Assembly: GCA_951406725.2 (NCBI GenBank)
Contig: OX597825.1
Location: 25,172,001 to 25,236,000, forward strand
From: Octopus vulgaris
Lineage: Eukaryota
Length of the DNA stretch: 64,000 nt
Direction: 5' to 3'
Shown here: one piece after another, positions 12,096-23,421 of the stretch
How positions within the stretch are numbered: position 1 is the first letter of the stretch
Layout of the letters: each line of letters starts with the position of its first letter
Notes under the pieces: generated by a model
Seen by the model: the letters and a program-made list of their open reading frames with translations, nothing else
Told to the model about the DNA's origin: nothing
Database searches by the model: none
Program-made: the position numbers and the translations under genes

Positions 12096-13348
12096 TAAGA
12101 CCAACATGAGAGAAATTGGATGGTCGATTTTTATCATGAAAAGAACTGTATCATAAACAAGCACACAAACAGAAATAGCATTCAACTAGTATTTTTAGAG
12201 GCTGATGTACCTGAAGGGCAAAGATGCGGGGAGTTTCACAGTACTGCATTTCAAAGGATAAAAGTTGGGGAAAAATTCTGAGAAAGAGAACAGGAAGGAA
12301 TTGCAAAAATTGAAGTAGATGATTCAAGTGTGCTTGAGTTGAGGTTGTGTACAAAGTGCCAGTTTAGAAGAACAGGAAGGGTTGTGGTAAAGGTTACAAA
12401 GCAGTTAAGGAGAAAGAGAAATTGTATTTATTGAGGAAGTGGGCGGGAGATGGGGAGAGAACACAACGAATCAATGAAACAATGATGGGATGGGGCTAAA
12501 ATCTAGTCTAAAATGAGAACCACAGTTTCACAACATGGAAGATAGACTGTCAAATCTGCTGTTGTCGTTTCACCTCAATTCATCCATCATCAATCAAACA
12601 TAGAAACATTGTATCCTGGACTACGTTATTTAAGATAGTAGTGTGTAGTTAGAGGGAAATTTGGCTGCTATTCTTAGCAGGCAAGTTGAGCATCATAATG
12701 GTGTTGAATCTATTTAATAGTCACTTTTTTGTTTTGACAAGTTATGCATAGTCCAACCTAAGAGTTTCAGGAAACTAACATTGCTCAACAGTTTTGCTAA
12801 CTTATCACATGATCTCATTATCTTGGGTTTTTAATCCAAGACATTCTCCCCGGCAACACTAAGTATGTTTACAAACAGAAACTATATAAACGAATATAGT
12901 TTAAAGAGTCAGATAATGGAAAGTAGAGAAAGACAATGTTTGTCTTTGAATGACAAGGAATGTGTGGGCTCTAACAGCCAGCCACTATAGCAACAGCTTT
13001 TTAATTAAGCTTCAGGACTAATTAAAAAGAAGAGGTAGAGAATACAGTAATACTGTAAGAGTTGGTTGAATGTGTACCAACTTAATCTATAAAATGAGAA
13101 CACTAGAAGCATAGAATCTCTAATATTATATGCAAGCACAAAGCTGATTAAAAACTCTGATTTGCAATGACAGTAGCACCACAAACAAGTGGCTTCTACT
13201 GCAACTTAAAGCCGACCAAAACTTCATGAGTGGAATTTGCTTGATGGAAGCTATGTTGAAATCCAGTTCATATTTTTTTTGTTTTTTCTCTCTCTAGTTT
13301 CAGCTCAGAGCTGCAGCCATGCTGATGCACCGCCTTTGAAACGGCTTA

Positions 13349-13440
13349 CGCCCGCAGAGGGACTCGAACCCACGACCCTCAGATTACTTCTAAGGTTGAC
13401 CTATAAAAGTCTGATGCTCTTCCGACTGAGTTATCCGGGC
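13349..13440 (-). tRNA. tRNA-Lys(TTT) with 19-nt intron; probably a pseudogene or SINE head
   Basis: GCCCGGA-TA-ACTC-AGTCGGAA-GAGC-A-TCAGA-CTTTTA-[TAGGTCAACCTTAGAAGTA]-A-TCTGA-GGGTC-GTGGG-TTCGAGT-CCCTC-TGCGGGC-G; 73 nt plus intron (13385-13403) at canonical position 37/38; one mismatch each in the acceptor, D and T stems; no oligo-T terminator. Confidence 0.85.
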
Positions 13441-13471
13441 GAACATATGTATATATTTACATACATAATTC

Positions 13472-13680
13472 GTATTTTTTCCATCCAAATGATTTCGAAG
13501 ACTGCAGAATACATGATAATCAGATGGAGCAATGTCCAGCGAATATGGTGGGTGGAGCATTGTTTCTCATTCAAACTGCTCCAGCCCTTGGAATGTCATC
13601 CTCAATGTATGTGGCCAAGCATTATCCTGATGGAAGAACAACTTTCGTCTTGAAATCAAAGATGGTCATTTTTCTTCTGG
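13472..13680 (-). mobile_element. mariner transposase C-terminal fragment
   Basis: Translates ...HPPYSLDIAPSDYHVFCSLRNHLDGK (YSPDLAPSDY-type motif). Confidence 0.75.
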
Positions 13681-14651
13681 CACTGACTTAAGCCGCTCAC
13701 AATAGATCTCCTTTGCTATTGTTTCATTTCGGTTTATACACGCACACACACATACACACAAACGATATGAGGTTCTTGACAAGACCTGCCCTCGTCAGTG
13801 AAACTGAGTTCTAGAAGTGCTGTGTGTCCCACCTACACTTAGCAAGAAAACTTCTCACACACCCTATCACAACAAACCAAACTACATCTCTTTCTCACAT
13901 TTCCACTTCATGCACTATGCTCACCTCCCACTCCCCAATCCTGCTCCCTTGGCCCTGTCTCACTGTATCATTACTATCTGCTAGCCCCCTTTTCACACAC
14001 CTTACCACCAACAAACCAATCTACAACTATAAATCTCTGCTCTTTCTCATATTTCTTCCTTCATACAATACGCCTACCTCTCACACCCTAATCCTGTCAT
14101 CCGGCTCTGTTTCTCTGTATCATTGCTATCCGGTAGCCCTACCATACTGTATCTACCTGGGTTTTCACCACTCACCTACCACTTTCCAATCGCATTTCTT
14201 TTGCAATTTCCTGCCATTTTAATATGATGTTCGAATCTCAAGAGTTCTCTCTCTCTCCCCAGCCAGGTAACCTTGTACCTCCTCTACAGCAAGACACCTG
14301 TTCCTGTCTCTCTGTCTCATTAGAACCTTTCATCATCTGACACAGGATTGCCTCCTCTAATGCCCCCTCTCCTCTAAAAAGATTATTTTGTCTTATAAGG
14401 GAGATTTTTATCCTTATATTCTATTATGAATTAATAAATAAATTTAAATAAAATAATTTAATTATTTTTACTCCTGACCGGAATAGAAACTGCTTGACTA
14501 TTCTTATAATATACATGCTGGCTGCCGTGAGTGGATTTAAAATTGACTTTTCTTGGAACGATACATGCAAATATTTGTATGTAGACATGTGAACCTGCTT
14601 TAAACGGTATTTTGGATGGTACAGTTATTTGGGCTTATATTTCCCTGTGTG

Positions 14652-15041
14652 GATGGATGGAAGCACTCCGTCGGTTACGACGACGAGGGTTCCGGTTGAT
14701 CCGATCAACGGAACAGCCTGCTCGTGAAACTAACGTGTAAGTGGCTGAGCACTCCACAGACACGTGTACCCTTAACATAGTTCTCGGGGATATTCAGCGT
14801 GACACAGAGAGTGGACAAGGCCGGCCCTTTGAAATACAGGTACAACAGAAACAGGAAGTAAGAGTGAGAGAAAGTTGTGGTGAAAGAGTACGGCAGGGAT
14901 CACCACCATCCCTGCCGGAGCCTCGTGGAGCTTTAGGTGTTTTCGCTCAATAAACACTCATAACGCCCGGTCTGGGAATCGAAACTGCGATCATATGACA
15001 GCGAGTCCGCTGCCCTAACCACTGGGCCATTGCGCCTCCAC
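14652..15041 (-). mobile_element. SINE family C (tRNA-Arg-like head)
   Basis: Minus head GGAGGCGCAATGGCCCAGTGGTTAGGGCAGCGGACTCGC...GTTTCGATTCCCAG; imperfect TSD ATTTCCC(T/C)GTGT; near-identical to the 46317 and 47370 copies. Confidence 0.9.
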
Positions 15042-15251
15042 ACATTTCCCCGTGTATTGTGTTGATGAAGAAAGAAAGCTTATTTTTTGTTTTAATCCAG
15101 AAATTGGAACCAATTCACAATTAACATGAGATCTTTTTAATTTTCTTTTACTAGCCCACTTTCAGCTATGTGTATATTTATCTGGAGTTTTTGAAGGTAT
15201 CAGCACCTCAAACATGCTGGAGATAGGTCATTTTCGCGCTTACACCCTTAA

Positions 15252-15472
15252 CCCTTTCGTTACTGTATTTATTTTGAGATGCTCTGTGTTTCTTTCAATC
15301 ATTTTTAAAATAACAAAGAATTTAGTAGAATAACTTCATTATCATTAAGCTAGTGTTAGGAAAATAAATTTTAACTAAGATTTGGTGGAAGATTTGAATT
15401 CAAAAATTATGAAAACAAGACATTTATACTAAAGAGCCAGAGCCGGTTTCAGCCGGGTTGGTAACGAAAGGG
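15252..15472 (+). mobile_element. piggyBac-type MITE
   Basis: TTAA|CCCTTTCGTTAC ... GTAACGAAAGGG|TTAA; second copy inverted at 22098-22298. Confidence 0.85.
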
Positions 15473-15766
15473 TTAATATAATTATATAATATATAATTCA
15501 AGTAATGAGGATTTTTCCTTGTAAGGGATTATTTATAACAATCTGGATACCAACTTGTGTTATTAAATATATTAAAAGAAAGTTCCATGATATATATATG
15601 TGTAAACAGTCCAATAATGTGTAAAGTTAATAAAAGAAAATGAAAAAAATATATTGGATACTTGGTTAAATTTATTTGTATCACGATGAAAAAGTAATAC
15701 ATATAAAATTCAGGATATAAGGGGACTGGATCAACAAAAGAAATAATCAAAAAATAACCAAAAGAA

Positions 15767-15864
15767 ATCCTACATATGTTTCAATCCAGCTTTAGGTTTG
15801 AATTATCAGCATTCAAGTTATTTTAGATGTAAAAAACCACATTTGGTTGGATATCTTCAGGGAT
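15767..15864 (-). ncRNA. Type I hammerhead ribozyme-like motif with long stem II insert
   Basis: ATCC-CTGAAGA-TATCCA...TGGATT-GAAA-CATATG-TA-GGAT: stem I ATCC/GGAT, intact core, palindromic stem III, GUA cleavage triplet. Confidence 0.65.
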
Positions 15865-16002
15865 AGGTGTGTACTTTCAGGTGTGGAACAATGAAATAAA
15901 CTAAGGTGAGGACCGTGTTTTCAAATATTCAAACGTAAACCAGTAATTTATTAGGACACCAAGTTCATGTGAGGAGATATTATACATTGAAATTTGCTAA
16001 AA

Positions 16003-16602
16003 TCATCATCATCATCGTTTAACGTCCACTTTCTATGCTAGCATACGTTGGACGATTTGACTGAGGTATGGCGAGCCAGATGGCTGCCCCAGGCTCCAAT
16101 CTGATCTGGCAAGGTTTCTACAGCTGGATGCCCTTCCTAATGCCAACCACTCAGGGAGTGTAGTGGGTGCTTTTACGTGTCACCAGCACGAGGGCCAGTC
16201 AGGCGGTACTGGCAATAGCCACGCTCAAATGGTGTTTTTTACATGCGACCTGCACAGGATCCAGTCCAACGGCACTGGCAACGACCTTGCTCGAGTGTTT
16301 TGATCACGTGCCACCAGTACAAGTGCCAGTAAGGTAACACTGGTAACAATCATGCTCAAATGGGGCTTTTTACGTGCCACTGGCATGGAAGCCAGTTAGC
16401 AACAATCACGCTCGGATGGTGCTCTTAGCGCTCCTCTAGCACGGATGCCAGCACTGAATTTGATTTCGGTTTCACTTGCCTCAACAGGTCTTCGCAAGCA
16501 GTGTTTAATGTCCAATGAAGGAAAGGTACGCATAAGTGAACTGGTTACACCCCTGGCATAGGCCACAAGGTTTATGGTCTCGCTTGGCTTGCCGGGTCTT
16601 TT
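16003..16602 (-). mobile_element. RTE-LINE 3'UTR with internal direct repeats
   Basis: (CAT)n-CGTTTAACGTCC...CTGGATGCCCTTCCTAATGCCAACCACTC...; repeated TTTTACGTGCCAC units; includes TTTCACTTGCCTCAACAGGTCTTC shared with the 61-63 kb array. Confidence 0.75.
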
Positions 16603-17554
16603 CATACTATAATGTATTTGAAAAATATGTATATAAGGAATTAAGGGACATAAATAAGCCATTTAATTATATGGGATGTTATGGGTTGTTAAGGGTATTA
16701 AAGACAATGAGAGATGTAATAGATTTTTGAGGGGAAAAAAACCCAAATGATTTGGGGAAATAAAAGAGGAAAATAACTGTATATATACTATAATAACTAT
16801 TAATTATTTATCATTTCTATGTAGTAACATGCATTCCAATATTCAGAGAAAAGTTATTGTTTACATACTACAGAGATGAATATCAATGTTTATGTGAAAA
16901 AAATCATATGTGTACAGAGAGAAAAAGTGGATTTTAAGAGGGGGGAAAAATAACAAAAAGCGACAAAATGATGTTGATGATAGAATCTTTCTTGAGATAA
17001 GAAATGTATATTAAAAAAAAAGTGTAGTTTTAAAACAGATATTCAGTGATGGTGATAATGATGATGATGACAATCTTTCTTGAGGTAAGAACTGTATATT
17101 CAAAAAAAGTGTGGTTTTAAACAGCATTTTCACTAGCTGTTGCATAGTTCAAGGAGTGATCATGTCTAGGCAAGTGACGTTTGCTGAATGCAATGCTGAA
17201 TGTAAATAAATCCTGAGTTAGATGACGCAGTGAAATGACATTTTGTTCTTTAGAGTATAATTCTGTTCACGTCTAGGATGCTTTATAGGAATATCAAATT
17301 AAATCGTCAGGGCTGTAATTGAATACTAAAAAGTTTTTTAACTGACATTCCATCCGTTCTGCCAATCCATTGGCTTTAAGAAAACTTTATAAACTTTAAA
17401 GGGTAAAATGGAGTTATGGGATTAACAAAATGATGGGTCTGCAAAAAGGAGCAATGACCTTGGCTTTTTATGGGTCCTCTGCTACTGGTTAGATTAATGC
17501 TATTAACACTCCTCTTGATCTTTGAAAGTCAATATGTGTAAAAAAAAGATATAT

Positions 17555-17789
17555 ATATTTCTTTACTACCCACAAGGGGCTAAACACAGAGGGGACAAAC
17601 AAGGACAGACAAACGGATTAAGTCGATTACATCGACCCCAGTACGTAACTGGTACTTAATTCATCGTCCCCGAAAGGATGAAAGGCAAAGTCGACCTCAG
17701 CGGAATTTGAACTCGGAACGTAATGACAGACGAAATACGGCTACGCATTTCGCCCGGTGTGCTAATGTTTCTGCCAGATCGTCGCCTTA
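17555..17789 (-). mobile_element. SINE family E
   Basis: Near-identical to the TSD-flanked copy at 38728-38959. Confidence 0.85.
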
Positions 17790-17807
17790 TGTGTAAAAAA
17801 GATATAT

Positions 17808-17972
17808 AGGCACAGGTGTGGCTATATGGTAAGAAGTTTGCTTCCCGACCACATGGCTCTGGGTCCAGTCCCACTATGTGGCCCCATGGGCAAGTGTCTT
17901 CTACTATAGCTTCGGGTCAACCAAAGCCTTGTGAGTGGATTTGGTCGAAGGAAACTGAAAGAAGTCCATCAT
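17808..17972 (+). mobile_element. SINE family A, 5' part
   Basis: Diverged head through GAAACTGAAAGAAG. Confidence 0.75.
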
Positions 17973-18254
17973 ATATATATATAGTTGAAAAAAGATTAGA
18001 GATCTGTACAAATCAAATTTTTATATATAATAGATGGAGGTGGAAATAGCACAGAAGTAAGTCAAAGACATTTCAATTTAAGAGGGATTTTAAGGAAAAT
18101 GATTTAAAAATTATATTGGTGGAACTTAAACTCAGAAGCTGTAAGAAAAACTGCAAAGCACTTTGTCCAGTTTGCTAATTAACGATTCTGTTGACTCACT
18201 GCTTTATTTACATATATCTTAAAGCAATTTAGAATACCTACAAACGTGGCTAAT

Positions 18255-18514
18255 GCCTGACTGGCGTCCGTGTTGGTGCCCAACCGATCGTGGCTTTTTT
18301 GCCAGCCTCTTCTGGCCCCTGTGCCGGTGGCAAGTAAAAAGCACCCACGACACTCACAGAGTGGTTGGCATTAGGAAGGGCATCCAGCTGTAGAAACACT
18401 GCCAGATCAAACTGGAGCCTGGCGCAGCCTCCTGGCTTCCCAGACCCCGGTCGAACCATCCGACCCATGCTAGCATGGAAAACGGACATTAAACGATGAT
18501 GAAGATGATGATGA
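18255..18514 (+). mobile_element. RTE-LINE 3'-end fragment
   Basis: Ends CCCATGCTAGCATGGAAAACGGACATTAAACGATGATG. Confidence 0.8.
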
Positions 18515-18679
18515 ATATCTGTTTGAATTGCAGCTATGCTGTGGTCTTGATATCACAATAATTAATTTGTACTAATGCTAAGCTTGACAACAAAATTATT
18601 TCAAAATGTAGGTGGATGAACTTTAAATCTCCAAACACAAAAAATCATCAAAACGGTTGTTAGAGATGTGTAAATATTA

Positions 18680-18815
18680 GATGTACACCAACATCGATTA
18701 CCAATTTTTCAACAATTGGTTGTCCCAGGATCTAAAGTGGTTGTGAATGAGTGGAGAGCATATAATGTATAGGTGGTACTTAATTATCACTGTGCTAATG
18801 CTTCTCATAACTTTA
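18680..18815 (+). mobile_element. Merlin/IS1595-like transposase remnant
   Basis: Translates LPIFQQLVVPGSKVVVNEWRAYNV*VVLNYHCANASHNF, resembling the Merlin I-x-PG-x3-SD-x-W-x-AY...VNHS-x-NF motif. Confidence 0.45.
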
Positions 18816-19114
18816 ATGGCCAGTCAGGCGGTACTGGCAAATATATATATATATCTTTAAGTTTATCTCAACAGATTTTCTATAGATTTTCTTAGAGACA
18901 GCATTGAAAGTTAAAGACATTCTGTATAGGAATATGTCTATGTAAACAACGGGATTGAAAACAGAAAAATAGGTATTGGAAGTATGTTTTGGGAGTTATT
19001 GTTCCTTCTCCAGCACCACACCCCCACCGATTAACCATTCATGAACTGAACTCATTGCTTAAATACTAAGATTAGCAGTGCAACATTACTGGATAGAGCA
19101 ATTTCCACATTAAA

Positions 19115-19442
19115 CATCATCATCATCATCATCGTTTAATGTCCGTTTTCTATGCTAGCATGGGTTGGACAGTTCAACTGGTGTCTGGGAAGCCAGAAGG
19201 CTGCACCAGGCTCCAGTCTGATCTGGCAGTGTTGCTACAGCGGGATGCCCTTCCTAACGCCAACCACTCCGTGAGTGTCGTGGGTGCTTCTTACGTGCCA
19301 CCGGCACAGGGGCCAGAGGGGGCTGGCAAACGGCCACGATCGGTCGGTGCTTTTTACGTGTCACCGACACGGACACCAGTCAGGCGTCGCTGGCATCAGC
19401 CATGTTCAGATGGTGCTTTTTACATGCCACCGGCACGGGTAT
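19115..19442 (-). mobile_element. RTE-LINE 3'-end fragment
   Basis: (CAT)n tail and 3'UTR repeats, reverse complement of 18255-18514. Confidence 0.8.
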
Positions 19443-20098
19443 CTTAACTACTTTGCAACAAATACATGCAGATTAATTGTCCCCTTTTGCAACCATAATA
19501 TACTATAGTTTCTATGGCAACATTTTGTCCTAATCTGTGTTAACAGTGTGACACAATCACTTTAAAGTTTGTCTCTCCAGATTTTCTACAGAATTTAGAG
19601 CATGGGTGCTTTTAACATAGTAGTGGCATAGGACTGTTTCTGACCATTAATGACTTGTGGTATTTCATTATGCAACCATAATATACTTTATAGTATATTA
19701 AATGTTTTCTTGAGTCAACACCATGTTCTACTGTGTTAGCAGTGCTCTTTAGATTATTTTAAGGTTATTTCTACAGAAATTATAGCCAGCACTGATGACA
19801 TCTCAATACAAAACATTGTAGCAAAAAATCAGTAGGGTTATTTCTGTTGTTGCTGACCAATCCCCTTAACACTCCTGCTGTAGGCAAGGGATCTTCTTGA
19901 GTACAGCAAGGCATCAGATATCTTGGTACTTCGTCCTCTTCTCCATAAAGTTTAGTGTCTGAGGTTGTCCTTCAGTATTTTGTCCTATGTCTTCATGCTT
20001 TCCTTTTTCCACGAGTTCCCTCCACTTTGAGAGATTGACACTCCCTTCTGGAGATTATTTACATTTGACAGATATTTGTCCTTACCTTGTTTGTTGTT

Positions 20099-20144
20099 AA
20101 CACAATGTTTCAGCTGATATACCCTCCAGCCTTCATCAGGTGTC
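20099..20144 (-). ncRNA. Minimal type I hammerhead-like motif in the PLE 3' region
   Basis: GACAC-CTGATGA-A-GGCTG-GAGGGTATAT-CAGCT-GAAA-CATT-GTGTT; stem I GACAC/GTGTT, stem II GGCTG/CAGCT; stem III degenerate (ACAT instead of ACGT). Confidence 0.6.
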
Positions 20145-20204
20145 TTGGGGAAATATTGAACCTGGGTTCTCATTCCTAAGGTATTTTTCGATGCTATTAT
20201 TATT

Positions 20205-20292
20205 ATTATTATTCAGGTCACTGCCTGGAATCAAACTCGGAATCTTGAGGTTAGTAGCCCACGCTCTTAACCACTACACTACATGCCTATGG
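20205..20292 (-). mobile_element. Short tRNA-like SINE with (TAA)n tail
   Basis: GGCATGTAGTGTAGTGGTTAAGAGCGTGGGCTACTAACCTCAAGATTCCGAGTTTGATTCCAGGCAGTGACC followed by (AAT)n; A and B boxes recognisable. Confidence 0.6.
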
Positions 20293-20299
20293 GCAATTA

Positions 20300-20720
20300 T
20301 GGAGTGAATTTTTAGGGCTTATAAATCTAATATTCTCCTATCCTTCCTTATTACCAGTTCCCATATACTGCCCATATCTGCACTCAGTCAGCTTAGGAGG
20401 TTGTTGTGTCCTAGCATATGTGCTGCTTCTTTTAGTTTTTGTATTTTCCAGTGGTGTTCTCTGTCTACTATTTTAACTTCATCCCACAGGGGGAGGTGGT
20501 CTCTATTTTTCCATACATGATCAGCTACACCCGATTTATCAATATCTCCTTGTGTCACAGCTTTGTGATGTTCCTCTACCCTTATTTTGATGGGGCGGGA
20601 TGTTTCGCCTTTGTATAATCTGCCACAGCTGCATGGGATGGAGTACACACAGTTTTTGGTCATATTCTCTTCTATTGGTGGTTTTATCCGAAGGAGATGA
20701 GGACAAATATCCATCAAATG
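20300..20720 (-). mobile_element. Penelope-like element, GIY-YIG endonuclease C-terminus (5'-truncated)
   Basis: CVYSIPCSCGRLYKGETSRPIKIRVEEH...SGVADHVW...KLKEAAH: GIY-YIG core with the CxC/H/H motif typical of the Penelope/Poseidon group. Confidence 0.85.
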
Positions 20721-21184
20721 TAAATAATGAACATAATTCCTCATCTCTTAAATAAAGAATTGTATTCCTTCCGGAGAATTTGGAACTTACAATACAGTAC
20801 TGACTCATAAACCTTTCGTAGTTTAGTGGTGGTATATTATGAGAGCAAAACGAAATCTGGTGTCCCTACATACACATACATACATACACACACACACAGA
20901 TGGATGTTAAATGATGATGATGATGATGATGATGTAACCCCTCGACTATCACTGCTGTTATGTTCCAAAACCCTCTGCTATAGGTGAAAATCCATGAAGT
21001 AGAAACAGTACTGTACTGTATATTTTTCTTAATATTTCTATAATTTGTATATATTCATTTTATTATAAATGCAAAATGATACAATGGAGGAAGAAATGAT
21101 GTAAGCTTAAATAAATTGTGATAGGTAAACAACAATATGGCGAGGGATCACTGTATCTATGTATAGTAATCCATATTATATATA

Positions 21185-21720
21185 CAGGGTGTCCCAAAAA
21201 AATGTATACACACCTTAAATAATTGTAAATTTGGGGTTTATTATAATTCGAATAATTTTCAACATGTAAAAGAATTTACAAATATCATTCTATTGTCTTG
21301 TTATCGCATGTCCTCAAACTGATGTCCGTTCTGCTCCTGACACTGCTGACAACGCGAAGCGATGGAATGGCACACATCATGGAACAATTCCCTTGGGATA
21401 TTCGTACATTCATGTTCAATGGTTGCCCTCTATTGAACGACTGTTGTGGGTTTCTGTGCGTAGACTTTGTCCTTTAGGTATCCCCATAAAAAGAAGTCAA
21501 GTGGTGTGAGGTCTGGTGAATGTGGAGGGTATTCGACAAAACCTCTCCGTCCAATCCACCTGTTTGGCAAGATCCCATCAAGAAAGGATCTAACATCGCG
21601 ATGGTAGTGTGGAGATGCCCCATCTTGCTAGAAATAAAACTCTTCCTGTTCAAAGTCCTCTCTAATGCTTGGCATGACAGACTGTTGCAGCAAGTGTATA
21701 CATTTTTTTGGGACACCCTG
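21185..21720 (-). mobile_element. Internally deleted Tc1/mariner element, DD41D (rosa/Visitor-like)
   Basis: TA|CAGGGTGTCCCAAAAAAATGTATACAC ... GTGTATACATTTTTTTGGGACACCCTG|TA TIRs; minus translation QDGASPHY...PPHSPDLTPLDFFLWGYLKDKVY with 41 residues between the two Asp. Confidence 0.9.
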
Positions 21721-21799
21721 TATATATATAATGAATTTTTTGCGTAATGAAATAAAAAAACCAAGGGTGTATAGAAATTAGAGCATTTATAGATAGCAG

Positions 21800-21851
21800 G
21801 TCTTACAGCTGTTTCTAGGATATTAATTAATAATATCCCTTCATCGGAGAC
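21800..21851 (-). ncRNA. Minimal type I hammerhead-like motif
   Basis: GTCT-CCGATGA-AGGGATATT-ATTAATT-AATATCCTA-GAAA-CAGCTG-TA-AGAC; stem I GTCT/AGAC, stem II GGATATT/AATATCC, palindromic stem III; U4C core variant. Confidence 0.65.
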
Positions 21852-22097
21852 GGTGTGAGAGGAAAAGTTAAGTCATAGTTAGTTTCGATGTGATACAAAT
21901 AGAGAGTTAGGTGGAGGAAAGAAAATAGATGTAAGATATGTATGGGTATTGAATCTGTAAATCCGTTTATAGGCATAATGGTATATAAATATATGTGTAA
22001 TATTCCAATATCCTTTGAGTAAAATCCAAAAGTCCAACAGAGTTTAATATGAGTCCATCCAGATGCAGAGTTTATAAGCAATGTAAGATTCTCTTAA

Positions 22098-22298
22098 CCC
22101 TTTTGTTACCAACCCAGCTGAAACTAGCTCTGGCTCTGTTGTACAAATGTCTTGTTTTCATAAGTTTTGAATTAAAATCTTCCACTAAACCTTAGTCACA
22201 ATTTATGTTCCTAACACTAGCTGAATGATAACTAGTTATATTTAAAATTAATTGAAAGAAACACAGAGCATCTCAAAATAAATACAGTAACGAAAGGG
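22098..22298 (-). mobile_element. piggyBac-type MITE (family of 15252-15472)
   Basis: TTAA TSDs, CCCTTT...AAAGGG termini, internal sequence matches. Confidence 0.85.
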
Positions 22299-22454
22299 TT
22301 AAAGTTGGTCATTCCCAGTAGGGAATTTATATAGTGTAGCAGATTCAAGGTTTGTATTTAAACTGACCTAGAAATAGGGAGTGTATTAGTACAGTCAAAT
22401 TGAAAACAGGAAGAGAGGAATGACAAAAAAAGGGGGGAGGGGAGAAAGAAAGAA

Positions 22455-23421
22455 TTAAAGAGAAACACAAGAGGTGCAGTGGAATAACTGGAAGGTTATC
22501 AGAGAAAGTAGTGTTTGTTTGTGGAAGATGCACAGGAACCATAAAAACTACAGATACTTAGGGAGCTGACTTTCTCTAATGCCTTGGAGACTCTTTAGAA
22601 ATAATGGATAATTTCTGCTTCCAAGAGGACCAAATTATTAGTGGAGGATGATGTATGAAAAATGTTGTAGCTAGAATAAGAATAGAATGGAGAAAATTCA
22701 CAGAGCTTTTACTTCTGTTGGCAGCCAAAGGTCTCACTCTCCAAGTGAAAGGAAGACTGTATGGTGCATATATAAGAACAGCAATTCTACATGGTAGTGA
22801 GACATGGGCTCGGAATGCAGGAGATATGCAACAGCAAGAGAGGAATGAGACTAGTTTGCTGTACTGGATGTGCAATGTAAGTGAAAATGTGCAACAGAAT
22901 GCTAGTGTGTTGAAAGATAAGGGGAATTAGATGCAGTGTACAAGAGAGAAAACTGCACAGGTTTGGTCATGTGATGCAGATGGATGTAGACAGCCCCATG
23001 AAGAAGTGATGATCACTCAAAGTGGAGGGAACTCATGGAAAAAGGGAAAACCAGGAAGACATGGGATAAAGTACTGAAGGACAACCTCAAGACAATAAAC
23101 TTACAGAGGAGAAGACAAAGGACCGAGATATCTGATGTCTTGTACTCAAGAAGATCCCTCCTCTACAACAGAAGTATTAAGGCCACTGCCCTAAATGTAG
23201 AGGATCGGTCAGCAACAGCCCTGTGCCACTACCATGTTAAAAGCACCCAGCACACACTGCAAAGTGGTTGGCATTAGGAACGGAATCCAGCCATAGACAC
23301 CAAGCTGAATCAGACTGGAACCTGGAACAGCTCTCCTGCTTGCCAGCTCTGGTCAAACTGTCCAACCCATGCCAGCATGGAAAACAGACGTTAAAGGTTG
23401 ATGATGATGATGATGATGATG
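22455..23421 (+). mobile_element. RTE-clade LINE, 5'-truncated and degenerate
   Basis: ARIRIEWRKFTELL...KGRLYGAYIRTAILHGSETW...GHVMQM...GKTRKTW (RTE ORF C-terminus), then 3'UTR ending (GAT)n. Confidence 0.85.

Noticed and set aside
12150-12480. Possible PLE RT remnant on the minus strand
   Set aside because: Too degenerate; no catalytic motif visible
13267-13480. Possible TSD TTC(A/G)TATTTTT around the tRNA-Lys element
   Set aside because: Low complexity, and the second copy overlaps the adjacent mariner fragment
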